Of a stretch of 64,000 nt of DNA, positions 39,451 through 51,245 are shown one piece after another; positions within the stretch are counted from its first letter, which is position 1; the number at the start of each line of letters is the position of its first letter. This stretch comes from an uncultured Desulfospira sp. Its GTDB lineage: Bacteria; Desulfobacterota; Desulfobacteria; Desulfobacterales; Desulfobacteraceae. The notes beneath the pieces were generated by a model. That model was given only the letters and a program-made list of their open reading frames with translations, did not search any database and was not told the DNA's origin. A program made the position numbers and the translations under genes. Location of the stretch: contig OY760175.1 of NCBI GenBank assembly GCA_963663165.1, positions 5,312,001 through 5,376,000 of the forward strand. Reading direction: 5' to 3'.

Positions 39451-40697
39451 TGGCAGAACAGATCAGCCTTAACATCAGTGTTGAAGAAAAAGAGCAGCTC
39501 AAGCTGGAGCGGCTTCAAAGTACCCTGAACCGGGCCTATAAAAATGTCCCCTTTCACCGGAGCCGGTTTGAGCAGGAAGGCTTGTCCCCCCAGGATATCG
39601 GCTGCCTTTCGGATTTGCAGCAGCTGCCCTTTATGGAACGCTCCCATTTAAGCCTGCATTATCCTTACGGATTGTTTGCCGTTCCCCTGCGGGACATTGT
39701 CCGGATCCACACGGCCCCCGGAACCTTCGCCAATCCGTCCATCAGCGGATACACCAAAGCAGATCTCCTTATCTGGAAAAAATTGGTGGCCCGCGCTTAT
39801 GAGGTGGCCGGGGTCACGGACATGGACATTATCCAGATTCATCTGCCCCCGGGCCTGGCCAACTGGGCCAGGGATTACAAAGACGGCGGCGAAACCATCG
39901 GCGCCGGGGTCATCCCCAACTCAAGCCTGTCCCTGTCCAAAACCCTGATGGTCCTCAAGGATTACAAAACCACCACCCTGGTCACCACCAAAGCCTTTGC
40001 CCGCCGCCTGACCACCCACCTGTTTGAGACCTTGCACCACCCCAGCGAGTTGAACTTGAAACGGGTTATCCTGGTAGGGGAACCCGTGGATGAAGCAACC
40101 GTTCAGGAATTGAGCGGGCAGCTTCATACCGATATCTGGCGGCATTATGGGTTAAGCGAGATCCCCGGGCCCGCCATCGCCCATGAATGCCCGGACCACC
40201 AGGGATTCCACATCAACGACGACCATATCCTGGCCGAAATTGTGGACCCGGCCACGGGCGCCTCTGTCCCCAAAGGCGAAAAAGGAGAACTGGTCCTCAC
40301 CACCCTTTCGGCCCGGGCTTTTCCCCTGATCCGGTTTAAAACCGGGGACATGGCCGGATTCCTTGACCGGGACTGTGCCTGTCCCTGTCCCCTTGACCGG
40401 ATCGCCTGGTATAAGGAACGGACAGACAATATGATGATCATTTCCGGTATCAAGGTGTCCTGTGACCAGATCCGGTCCTGCCTGAAAACCGCCCTGGACC
40501 TGCCCGACATAGAATGTGCCATCAACCGCAGCGGCAACGGGGATCAGGATGTTCTGGAGGTCTCCCTTAGAATGGGGGATCAGCTGTTTTCAGATGAAAT
40601 CAGGAACCTGGAGCAGGTCATGCGCCGAACCGAGGTGTTCCTGGCAGAACAGGTCGGTGTCCCTGTCAAAATTCATCTGGTTCAGCGCATGGGGTGA
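39450..40697 (+). CDS. Phenylacetate-CoA ligase (PaaK/PaaF) family protein, divergent P-loop
   Basis: YPYGLFAVP..IVRIH, YGLSEI.GP, GELVLTTL, PLIRFKTGD, RTDNMMIISG. Confidence 0.85.
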   Translation: MAEQISLNISVEEKEQLKLERLQSTLNRAYKNVPFHRSRFEQEGLSPQDIGCLSDLQQLPFMERSHLSLHYPYGLFAVPLRDIVRIHTAPGTFANPSISGYTKADLLIWKKLVARAYEVAGVTDMDIIQIHLPPGLANWARDYKDGGETIGAGVIPNSSLSLSKTLMVLKDYKTTTLVTTKAFARRLTTHLFETLHHPSELNLKRVILVGEPVDEATVQELSGQLHTDIWRHYGLSEIPGPAIAHECPDHQGFHINDDHILAEIVDPATGASVPKGEKGELVLTTLSARAFPLIRFKTGDMAGFLDRDCACPCPLDRIAWYKERTDNMMIISGIKVSCDQIRSCLKTALDLPDIECAINRSGNGDQDVLEVSLRMGDQLFSDEIRNLEQVMRRTEVFLAEQVGVPVKIHLVQRMG

Positions 40698-40717
40698 AGC
40701 ACTTATAAGCCCAAGCC

Positions 40718-40936
40718 CTAGTGGGGGCCGTCGCCAGTGCTTAAAATGTCCTGGTAATCCACCCGGGGAGGCTTTGGGTTGGGCTGGGCAGCGGTTGTCG
40801 CTTCCATGCCTGCCGTAAAGAGGGCCTCCGCAGTTTTGGAACGGTTGCCTATGGGCAGTTTGGAGAAAAACTCGTATCCGGAAAGAAGCAGTAGCGCGGT
40901 AAACAGGATCAATACAGCCATTTTTTTCAGTCTCAT
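40718..40936 (-). pseudogene. Short N-terminal fragment of an exported protein, coupled to the upstream gene
   Basis: ATGA overlap with 40933 stop, signal/TM segment, only 72 aa. Confidence 0.4.
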
Positions 40937-41847
40937 TTTTTCGGCTCCTTTGGTGTCGGTGCTTTTCCAGGCCTTAAGCACTTGGTTCTAATGAACTGAA
41001 AATAGTCAAACAAACATGTTATCGGGCACAGGAGCCTGCACCAGGGGCGCCTGAAAACCAGGGAGGAAAGGACCACCAGGATGGTCAGCCCGAACAGCAT
41101 GGTGGAACCGATAAAGTTGAAGGCCATACCAAAGGGCTCGTAGGTGGCCTGTGAAGGGTCGCGCCAATATAACGCGGCAGACAGGACCAGCAGCGCAAAG
41201 CCCCGGGCCGCCCAGGGCATCCAGCGATAGACCGGTGGTGGAGCGCACCCGGTAATCCGGCCGAGCCCTTCCTGAAGCGCCCCAAATGGACAGATCCACG
41301 CACAATACAGATTCTTGCGGGTCACCAGAAACAGCAGCACCGCCAGCCCCAGGCAAAGCAAAGGCCCTGCCGTGGCCAGCCCCTTTTGCCAGCCGCCCCC
41401 CAGTAAAAGCGTTATGGTGGACCAGGAAAACTGACACCCGTAGACAAACCCCAGAAGGATCAGGGAGATCAGCAGGATGGCCAGGCGCGGCCATTTCTTG
41501 TTCCAGGGGAACCGCTTTCCGGAAACCAACCAGACAATGCCGAACAACATCACGATGGCCAGCAGCTTGGGCCATTCATGGCCAGGCCAGTAGTAAGGGT
41601 CTAAGGTGGCTTTCGCTGCAAGGCCGAAGCGCTCATGGCCTATATGGGCCAGTGCCCCGGAAAGCCCCTCAATGACGGCGGTGGACGAAATGGTGGCCCC
41701 GGAGACCGCATCCACCTCGGGAAGATTATCTAACCGGTGTCCCGGATAGGCGTTTAAAATGCCATGGTTCACCACCTTGCTCAAATAGGTGCGGGTGTCC
41801 GTGCTGTGTAAAATAGCGGCTTGTTCGATTAAACCCGATGGGCCAAT
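40933..41847 (-). pseudogene. 5'-truncated FMN-binding/4Fe-4S membrane protein (NosR/NirI/RdhC-like)
   Basis: VDAVSGATISS flavinylation motif, multiple TMs, two CxxxCP motifs (CAWICP, CRLLCP). Frame begins mid FMN-bind domain with no convincing start. Confidence 0.75.
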
Positions 41848-42466
41848 TCGCGAGGACCTTTACTTTAGGCTGTTTGTCTTTCCCATATATATTCCGCCCC
41901 TCAGGGAAAGGGTTCAGGATATCCCCGCACTGATTCATTTTTTTATTCAACGGATCTGTGACAGATTGAACATCAGCTCCCCGCCGGTGCTGCATCCCGG
42001 ATCACTGCCCAGGCTTTCTGCCTATTCCTGGCCTGGAAATATCCGGGAACTGGAAAATCTGGTTGAACGGGCCGTGATCCTGTCCAGCGGGGATGTTATC
42101 ACGCCGGAAAAATATTTGCCCCGGGATGCGGGCTGGTATATCCGGCCCGGAGACGAGAAGGGATATCTTGAAAAGCTCATTGACCAGAGAATTGAAGCCT
42201 GGTCGGAAGACCACCCGCAGTTCAAATTTGATTCGGCTGAGGACGCCCCGGGATTGCCGGCAAAAGATACCCGGGAAGGCCGGCTTCCCGTAAAGCCCCT
42301 GGACGATTTGGTGCGCGAAGGCATTGAACACGCCTTGCGGTCCTGCAGCGGCCGGATCAGCGGCCCCCATGGTGCCGCAGCGGCGTTAAGGATCAATGCC
42401 AGCACCTTGCGCAACAAGATGGCCAGGCTTGGCATTAACCCGTCAGATTGGCGTCCTGCCCGGTAA
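41846..42466 (+). pseudogene. C-terminal fragment of a sigma54-dependent activator
   Basis: Begins at REDLYFRL..PPLRER, has WPGNIRELEN and a Fis HTH. Walker A, GAFTGA and Walker B are missing. Confidence 0.85.
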
Positions 42467-42507
42467 GGGCCTTGGCGCTGGTCCATACTGTGAGTAAACC
42501 ACACGGG

Positions 42508-42984
42508 TCAGGGAATTTCATCGGTGTCAGGGTCCAGCAACAGGGGCTTTTTTTTCTTATGGCTGTCGATGACAAAGGCGGACTGGATGCTCTGGATGCC
42601 CTGGATCCGGGTCAGCTTCTGGTTGATGAATTCTCCGTAGGCTTTGATGTCTTTGGCAATGACCTTGAGGATAAAGTCGTTGGGTCCGGCCATCTGGTAG
42701 CACTCCACCACCTCTTCAAGGGCGGCAAATTCTTTTTTAATGGCATCCACTGAGCTGAGCTTGCTTAAGCTCAAGGAAATGCTGACAATGGAGGTGATGG
42801 AAAATCCGATTTTTTCCGGGTCCACCACCGCCGTAAAATGGGAGATCACCCCGGAAAGTTCCAGGCGCCGGACCCTTTCTAAGGTGGACGGCGCTGAAAT
42901 CCCCACCATCCTGGACAGCTTGGCATTGGTGATCTTGCCGTTCTCCTGGAGAATGTTCAGTATCTTTTTGTCAATCTTGTCCAC
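42508..42984 (-). CDS. Lrp/AsnC family regulator
   Basis: DKIDKKILNILQENGKITNAKLS..ERVRRLE..EVVECY. Confidence 0.93.
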   Translation of the reverse strand: MDKIDKKILNILQENGKITNAKLSRMVGISAPSTLERVRRLELSGVISHFTAVVDPEKIGFSITSIVSISLSLSKLSSVDAIKKEFAALEEVVECYQMAGPNDFILKVIAKDIKAYGEFINQKLTRIQGIQSIQSAFVIDSHKKKKPLLLDPDTDEIP

Positions 42985-43141
42985 TGTCTGGCCTTTCTGT
43001 GCATATAAGGGGGTTCATTTATTGCGGCCGGCCTGCCGCCCAAGCCATCCTTATCTTTTTTGGGGCCTGATGGCAAGGGGTTCCTGAATATGGTGACCGC
43101 ATTTGTAATAATACAGTTAATCCAATATAATTGAAGGGAAA

Positions 43142-43272
43142 AACACGGACGAACACGGACATTCACGGACGATCACAGACACACGGACGAACACGGACAG
43201 CCCGAGGAGTCCGTGACTGTCCGTGTGTCTGTGTCAGTCCTTGTTCGTCCGTGTCAGTCTGTGTGTCCGTGT
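43142..43272. repeat. ACACGGAC short repeats arranged as a long imperfect inverted repeat
   Basis: Multiple ACACGGAC units followed by multiple GTCCGTG units. Confidence 0.75.
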
Positions 43273-43281
43273 TTCAGTTCG

Positions 43282-43399
43282 GTAGGGCGGGCACGCTTTT
43301 TGTGCCCGCCGGTTGCCGCAAGTCCGTTTGATTTATCTTTCAAAAAACAACATGTTATAAGGAAAATGGTGGGCAACGCTGCGCTTTTGCCCACCCTAC
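43282..43399. repeat. Inverted GTAG-REP doublet
   Basis: GTAGGGCGGGCAC..GTGCCCGCC ... GGTGGGCAA..TTGCCCACCCTAC. Confidence 0.75.
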
Positions 43400-43826
43400 C
43401 GAACTTGGGACTTGGGGATTGCAGCAGCCGTGGCCTCCCCAAGTCCCATATCCCAAGTCCCAATTCTATAAAAATTTACGAACGGTATCTGAATACCATG
43501 CCGGATTATAAATTCGGGCCCTCTGGTTTCCTTAAATTCCGTGGCTTGTTTTTTTATCAAATTAATATATACTAAGAAAAATTCTCTCAATGACGATTCC
43601 AATTATTACAGCTGCATTTGAAAGCGACCGTATCCGTTTAAAATAGCCGGGCAAGATTGCCCAAAGAAAAGAAACCCGATTAATTATTATCTTATGACCC
43701 CTTGGGCGCATCCCCTCGGGCATCTGGCCAGGGCCGATTCACATTGTTCGTTGGCGAAACAGCCATAGGGCGGCCTGGTTTTCTTGGATAAACACTTTTA
43801 GGAAAATCGCAAAATAAGGAGAGCAG

Positions 43827-45833
43827 ATGAAGAAGATTAAAGATTTCAGGTTAAGCGTTAAATTGATTCTCACAGGATTGGTCGCTGTTTTGATTTCCAT
43901 GGGAAGCGTCGGGCTGATATCGGTAAAAATCGCATCGGATGCCCTGCTTACCATCGGCCTGGACAATTCAAGAAGCATTGCCGCGTATATGGCCAAGGCG
44001 ACCCAAAGTTATGTGGAACTTGAAATGCAGATTACCCGGGCCATGGGCATCAGCCCTGTCATAACCGACACCATCCGGCAGGTTGCCCGGAACGGTACAC
44101 AGAATTCCATGGACAGCCTGAAGGATTTAGACCGCTATTTAAAGGAAGTTCATGAGAAAGTCGGTAAAAATCTGGACTTGTACTTCGTGGCCGACCGGGA
44201 GGGGAACACCGTGGCCGACAGCCTTGACGGCACCATGAGGCAGCAAAAAATCAATATCATGGACAGGGGATACTTTTCCAAGGCACGGCAAACCGGCCGG
44301 CCTGTGATCGGAGAACCCATCAAGTCCCGGGCATCCGGTGCCCCCTCCATCGTTCTGGCCATTCCGTTAACCGATGATGACGGCAATTTTGCCGGGGTCT
44401 TTGGCTCTGTGCTTAAATTGGATGCCATGTCCGAGTCGTTAACCGATTTCAAGGTGGGAAAAACCGGGTATCCGTTTATTGTAGACAGCCAGGGGATGAT
44501 TATTGCCCACCCCAACAGCGATCTGCTGTTTGACCTTAATATTAAATCCCTTAAGGGAATGGAGAACATCACCGACCACATGCTTGCGGGCCAGGACGGC
44601 GGGGAGTATTATATTTACAAGGGAAAAGAGAAACAGGCCGGGTATGCCAGTGTTCCCCTGACCGGCTGGAGCATTGCCGTTACCCAGAACATGGAAGAAT
44701 TAATGGCCCATGTGAACAAGATTATCTTTTACAGTGCCCTGATCGGGATTGTGATTTTACTGGTGGTTTTCATTGTACTTTATTTTGGCACCAACGCCAT
44801 TGTTAAACCCATCAATCAAGCCGTTTCCGGACTTAAGGCCATGGCCGAAGGCGAAGGCGACTTGACCCAGCGCCTGCCCGTGTCCGGAAGGGATGAAGTC
44901 GGGATACTTTCCCATACGTTCAATATTTTTATTGAAAAATTGCAGTCCATGATTTCCGATATTTCCCAGGGGGTGCATACCCTGTCATCGTCCTCAACAG
45001 AGCTTGCCGCTGTTTCGGAAGAAATGTCGGCCGGGGCCGCCAATACCTCTGAAAAGGCCGGTTCGGTAGCTGCTGCGGCCGAGGAAATGACCATGAACAT
45101 GAATTCCGTATCGGCCGCCATGGAGGAGTCTGCCAATAATATCAACATGGTGGCCAGCGCCGCACAGCAGATGAATTCCACCATTGATGCCATTGGCAAA
45201 AATACCGGAAGGGCCCGGGATGTGGCAGCCAATGCCGTGAACAGCGTGGAGCAGTCTGCCGAACGGATGCGGGAATTAGGTGCCGCCGCCCAGGCCATCG
45301 GCCAGGTGGTTGAAACCATTACCGACATTTCCGAACAGGTCAATCTGCTTTCCTTGAACGCCACCATCGAGGCGGCCAGGGCCGGGGAGGCGGGCAAGGG
45401 CTTTGCCGTTGTGGCCAATGAAATAAAGGAACTGGCCAGCCAGACATCCAATGCGTCCCAGGATATCAAAGATAAAATAGACCATATCCAGCAAAGCGCC
45501 TCCGGTTCCATGGCCGGGATGGAAGAGGTCACCGGGGTCATTGGCAAGGTCAGTGAAATTGTATCTGAAATTGCCGCCGCCGTTGAAGAACAGTCTGCGG
45601 CCACCCATGAGATCAATGAAAATATCGCCCATGCCTCTTCGGGGATTGAAGAGGTGACCCAGAACGTGGGCAATGGCGCCCAGGTGGCCGAAGGGATTAC
45701 CAGGGATATCTCCAGGGTAAACCAGTCTGCTGAAAATATGACCCTGCGCAGTCAGAAAATTCAAACCAGCGCTGAAGAATTGTCCAGCCTTGCCGAGAGA
45801 CTCGACGAGCTGGTCGGCCAGTTTAAGATTTAG
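43827..45833 (+). CDS. Methyl-accepting chemotaxis protein (dCache-HAMP-MA)
   Basis: TM-periplasmic Cache-[42 protein letters not shown]. Confidence 0.95.
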   Translation: MKKIKDFRLSVKLILTGLVAVLISMGSVGLISVKIASDALLTIGLDNSRSIAAYMAKATQSYVELEMQITRAMGISPVITDTIRQVARNGTQNSMDSLKDLDRYLKEVHEKVGKNLDLYFVADREGNTVADSLDGTMRQQKINIMDRGYFSKARQTGRPVIGEPIKSRASGAPSIVLAIPLTDDDGNFAGVFGSVLKLDAMSESLTDFKVGKTGYPFIVDSQGMIIAHPNSDLLFDLNIKSLKGMENITDHMLAGQDGGEYYIYKGKEKQAGYASVPLTGWSIAVTQNMEELMAHVNKIIFYSALIGIVILLVVFIVLYFGTNAIVKPINQAVSGLKAMAEGEGDLTQRLPVSGRDEVGILSHTFNIFIEKLQSMISDISQGVHTLSSSSTELAAVSEEMSAGAANTSEKAGSVAAAAEEMTMNMNSVSAAMEESANNINMVASAAQQMNSTIDAIGKNTGRARDVAANAVNSVEQSAERMRELGAAAQAIGQVVETITDISEQVNLLSLNATIEAARAGEAGKGFAVVANEIKELASQTSNASQDIKDKIDHIQQSASGSMAGMEEVTGVIGKVSEIVSEIAAAVEEQSAATHEINENIAHASSGIEEVTQNVGNGAQVAEGITRDISRVNQSAENMTLRSQKIQTSAEELSSLAERLDELVGQFKI

Positions 45834-46597
45834 TGCTCCCCAACGGGTTTGTTTGCGTAAACAATAAAGAACCGGGGGGCTTGTCCGGCCCCGTAGGGGT
45901 TGATTCTGAAATGCCGGCGGATATCCCAGGACAGCACCTGCTGGAATCCGGCGTTGTGCATCAGACGGCCCGCATCCTGAGAAGTGACGCCTTCATAAAG
46001 GGGAAGGGAGCGGATCAGTCCGGCATAATGGGAAAAGAAGCGGCATGAAATCAGGCTGCGGGACTTTAACAGCCCTTTTGCCAGTTTCAGGGCCAGGACA
46101 GGGAGCCGGGCCCAGGTGATGTTGCGCCAGTATCCGTCGGAAATGATGATGCGGCCGCCGGGTTTCAGCACCCGGTGCCATTCCTGAATGGCGGCTTCCG
46201 GGTTGGGAAGGGTCCAGACCAGGTTACGGGTGACCACCACGTCAAAGGTATTGTCTTCAAAGGCCAGGTTTTCGGCGTCGCCGGTTTGAAAATCAGCATT
46301 AAGGTTTAATTCACGCGCTTTTTGCCTGGCCCGGTCAATCATGCCGGCAGAAATATCAATCCCGGTAACCCGGAACCCTTTCTGGGCAAGGTAAAAGGCC
46401 AGTTGGCCAGGGCCGGTTCCCACATCAAGGGCCGTCAGGAGATTCCCCTTTACAGGGGAGACCAGGGCATTGATGGTGGATTCCCAGTCCTTTACCGTCT
46501 CAATGGATTTGTCACAGTCGAGTTCATAACTTGAGCTTCTCCAGTTCCAATAAGTTGCAATCCGGTTTTTGAGGCGGCCCATTTTGCTGGTTTTCAT
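45830..46597 (-). CDS. Class I SAM-dependent methyltransferase
   Basis: [31 protein letters not shown] precedes ATG 46597. Confidence 0.88.
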   Translation of the reverse strand: MKTSKMGRLKNRIATYWNWRSSSYELDCDKSIETVKDWESTINALVSPVKGNLLTALDVGTGPGQLAFYLAQKGFRVTGIDISAGMIDRARQKARELNLNADFQTGDAENLAFEDNTFDVVVTRNLVWTLPNPEAAIQEWHRVLKPGGRIIISDGYWRNITWARLPVLALKLAKGLLKSRSLISCRFFSHYAGLIRSLPLYEGVTSQDAGRLMHNAGFQQVLSWDIRRHFRINPYGAGQAPRFFIVYANKPVGEH

Positions 46598-46641
46598 TGA
46601 TTCTCCCTTTCTGAAAATTTTTGCTAACGCCGGATGCCCAC

Positions 46642-46700
46642 AAAAAAACACGAAGGCAGACGACGCATGCGGTCAGCACGTGTTCAACCTTCGTGGTTTT
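46642..46700 (-). terminator. Terminator-like hairpin in the 5' leader of the methyltransferase
   Basis: Minus strand CACGAAGG...CCTTCGTG-TTTTTTT. Confidence 0.6.
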
Positions 46701-46707
46701 GGTTTTT

Positions 46708-46809
46708 TTAATATGGAGGGGGTGAAATTAGCCCCTTATCCCGTAAACTACTCGGCACATCAGCTTTTTTCCGGATTCTTCCGGACATTTCATACGAGAA
46801 AATCAGCAT
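46708..46809 (-). CDS. Putative leader peptide ending in SPPPY
   Basis: 33 aa MLIFSYEMSGRIRKKADVPSSLRDKGLISPPPY, lying between a TTGACG-17-TATAAA promoter (~46870-46842) and the terminator. Confidence 0.4.
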   Translation of the reverse strand: MLIFSYEMSGRIRKKADVPSSLRDKGLISPPPY

Positions 46810-47064
46810 GAAAATATTTGCCTTCAGGCAAAATTTCTGCTTTTATAATAAAACATCCGGAGGCCGTCAAGCAAAATGCGGCTTTCAATCAGGGCAGATG
46901 GTGTCTGCCATGCCGTTAGATATGCCAAAACCCATAACCGCCCGCCCCCTTCTTCATCGCTGATCTCGGTTACAGGCAAAAGACTATACGGACAATCATG
47001 TATTCCTGTTGATTGTTGACCGGGGGCTGGAACTGTTTAACCCCTTAACTCTTGGGATGATTTC

Positions 47065-48354
47065 ATGGATTTTAAATTAATGGACAGAATGCTGGCATTA
47101 AGCGATTTAATCGGGCATGCCGATATCGCATACATTGAGGCCAACCGGAAGCTGGAGGTCGTTTACTGGAACCAGGGGGCTGTCCGGATGTTCGGGCTCA
47201 GTGAAGATGATGCCATGGGGCAGTTTTTGTATGACCTGCTTTCCTTGAAGAAAAGAGAGTTAAGGGCCTGTACCGAGACCACCCTGGCCACGTTTTCCCG
47301 CCAGGACACCAAAGGCTGCACCATCCCCTATGTCCTTTATTATGCGCCCATTATGAAGGTGAACGGTGAAAAACTAGGGGTGGCTGTAATGGCAAAGGAT
47401 ATCCTGGGAAATGAAAAGGAAAAAGCGGCATTTAAGAACCGGGACAAGAATTTAGACGATATTTTCGAGTTTGCACCCATGGGAATTTACCATGTCAACA
47501 AGGAAGGCAATGTGGTTTGCGCCAACCCCGAATATGCCTGGATGCTGGGGTATGAGTCGGCACAGGCGGCAGCCGAGCAGATTTCAGATTTTGTCGATCA
47601 GACCTTTTACGACCCTGAAAAAGCGGAAGAATTCATGTTCGGGGTATACGAGGCCGAAGAAGTCATCCGGCTTCGGGCCCGGTTAAAGAAAAAGGATGAA
47701 TCCCTTGTCTGGGCCATGTGCTATGCCCGGGCCACCAAAGGTGAGGATGGCCGGATCAATGGATTTAACGGGTTTTCCATTGATATCAGCGAGATGGTCC
47801 GGACAGAGGAGCAGTTAAAGACGGCCAATGAAAAATTGAAAATGCTGTCCGTGATGGACGGCTTGACCCGGATTCCCAACCGGAGGCGGTTTGATGAGTA
47901 TCTGGATGCCGAATGGCGGCGGCATTACCGGGACAAGGAACAATTGTCCGTTATCCTGTGCGACATCGATTTTTTTAAATTGTACAATGACACTTACGGC
48001 CATCAGGCCGGCGACGACTGCCTGATCAAGGTGGCCGGTGCCATTGCCGGGAGTGCGGCCCGGGCCACAGACCTGGCCGCCCGCTACGGCGGAGAGGAAT
48101 TTGCGCTTATTTTGCCCCACACAGATGCCAAAGGGGCCATGGCTGTGGCGGAAACGGTATGGGAAAACGTCCAGAATTTAAAGATTGATCATGAAATGTC
48201 TACGGTCAATGACCATGTCAGCTTAAGCCTTGGGGTGGCCACCATGGTGCCTGATGAAGGCAATCAGGCCGAAGACCTGGTGGCCCTGGCGGATAAGGCC
48301 CTGTATGAGGCAAAGGAGAACGGCAGAAATCAGTATCGGTTCTTAGACTGTTAG
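47065..48354 (+). CDS. PAS-PAS-GGDEF diguanylate cyclase
   Basis: DGLTRIPNRR, DIDFFK, RATD I-site, RYGGEEF. Confidence 0.93.
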   Translation: MDFKLMDRMLALSDLIGHADIAYIEANRKLEVVYWNQGAVRMFGLSEDDAMGQFLYDLLSLKKRELRACTETTLATFSRQDTKGCTIPYVLYYAPIMKVNGEKLGVAVMAKDILGNEKEKAAFKNRDKNLDDIFEFAPMGIYHVNKEGNVVCANPEYAWMLGYESAQAAAEQISDFVDQTFYDPEKAEEFMFGVYEAEEVIRLRARLKKKDESLVWAMCYARATKGEDGRINGFNGFSIDISEMVRTEEQLKTANEKLKMLSVMDGLTRIPNRRRFDEYLDAEWRRHYRDKEQLSVILCDIDFFKLYNDTYGHQAGDDCLIKVAGAIAGSAARATDLAARYGGEEFALILPHTDAKGAMAVAETVWENVQNLKIDHEMSTVNDHVSLSLGVATMVPDEGNQAEDLVALADKALYEAKENGRNQYRFLDC

Positions 48355-48415
48355 ACTGAAGGGTGACAGACATTTGATTTTTCTTCAGCCTAATCCCCTT
48401 CAGCCTAATCCCCTT

Positions 48416-50320
<1,905 letters not shown>

Positions 50321-50488
50321 GTTTTACCTCCATTGTTGTTGTGGTTGTTTACGGGCTAAAGGTATGACATGGCCGATTGATGTCAATTAAATTTTCATTA
50401 TTTTTTTCATCTTTTCAAAAAAAGTAATGCAATTTGTACACAGGAGTTTCTGCCGGCTGGCCCCATTTACCGTACAGGTGATAATGGT

Positions 50489-50550
50489 GTAGGGGCAATT
50501 CATGAATTGCCCCTGCGACCGCCCCAACAACACCGCAACATCTGGTCTCC
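50489..50550. repeat. GTAG-type REP element
   Basis: GTAGGGGCAATTCATGAATTGCCCCTGC plus tail shared with 29583-29640. Confidence 0.75.
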
Positions 50551-50615
50551 ATTTATCCCGGCATTAACGTCCGTGTTTTTTTTGCCGGCAGATGGCCTTG
50601 CCGGCCAGCCGGAAT

Positions 50616-51188
50616 CTATCCGTTGATGTCGGCTTTGTACATCAGGTCCTTGTCCATTTTATAGGTCCAGGGCAGTCCCTCAAGCTTCCATCCGCCGGCC
50701 CACCGTTTGCCGTAATAGACACTGGCTTTATTTTTGTTTTTGTCGCCTTCAAAGCCGCCCATGAGGTTGAATACCTTTGCCTCGTCAAAGCCGGCCTTGA
50801 TGGCTTCGTTACAGGCGGTGCAGCTTCGGTTGCCCGAACGGCATAAAATGATCAGGGTGTCTGTTTTGGGGTCGAACCGGCTGAGTAGGTCTTTGCCGAA
50901 ATTATCGTTCATGGCTTCGGTATACCCTTTTTCCCCCGCATTGGTGGTTAAAAAACGCAACGGGACATTGTATGCATTTTCCGGGTGCCCCACAAACTGG
51001 TATTCAGCCCGTGTGCGGCAATCGACCAGAAAGGTGTGCTCCGGGTCTTTTTGAACCATTTTAAACGCGTCTTCAGGAGTCAGGTCCCCCCCGAGATGAT
51101 CTTTGTTGGCCTTGTATTCATACCCGCCCGCAAAGGCCAGGCTAGTAAAAAACAACATGCCGGTCAGCAAATAAAAAATTTTTTTCAT
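50616..51188 (-). CDS. Exported rhodanese-domain sulfurtransferase
   Basis: Signal peptide (AFA), DCRTRAEY, active-site CRSGNRS, NLMGGFEG. Confidence 0.9.
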   Translation of the reverse strand: MKKIFYLLTGMLFFTSLAFAGGYEYKANKDHLGGDLTPEDAFKMVQKDPEHTFLVDCRTRAEYQFVGHPENAYNVPLRFLTTNAGEKGYTEAMNDNFGKDLLSRFDPKTDTLIILCRSGNRSCTACNEAIKAGFDEAKVFNLMGGFEGDKNKNKASVYYGKRWAGGWKLEGLPWTYKMDKDLMYKADING

Positions 51189-51245
51189 GTCCTTTCTCCT
51201 TTTTGAATTAGATTTTTGATACGGCGGCTCAACACAGCCGCCCCG

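Noticed and set aside
43620..43790. Possible c-di-GMP riboswitch or sigma28 promoter upstream of the MCP
   Set aside because: A GAAA hairpin and GCCGAT are present, but the GEMM consensus and promoter spacing do not fit.
46640..46830. Cobalamin, SAM or fluoride riboswitch in the methyltransferase leader
   Set aside because: No B12 box, SAM-I core or fluoride consensus is visible. Reported instead as an unknown leader/uORF.
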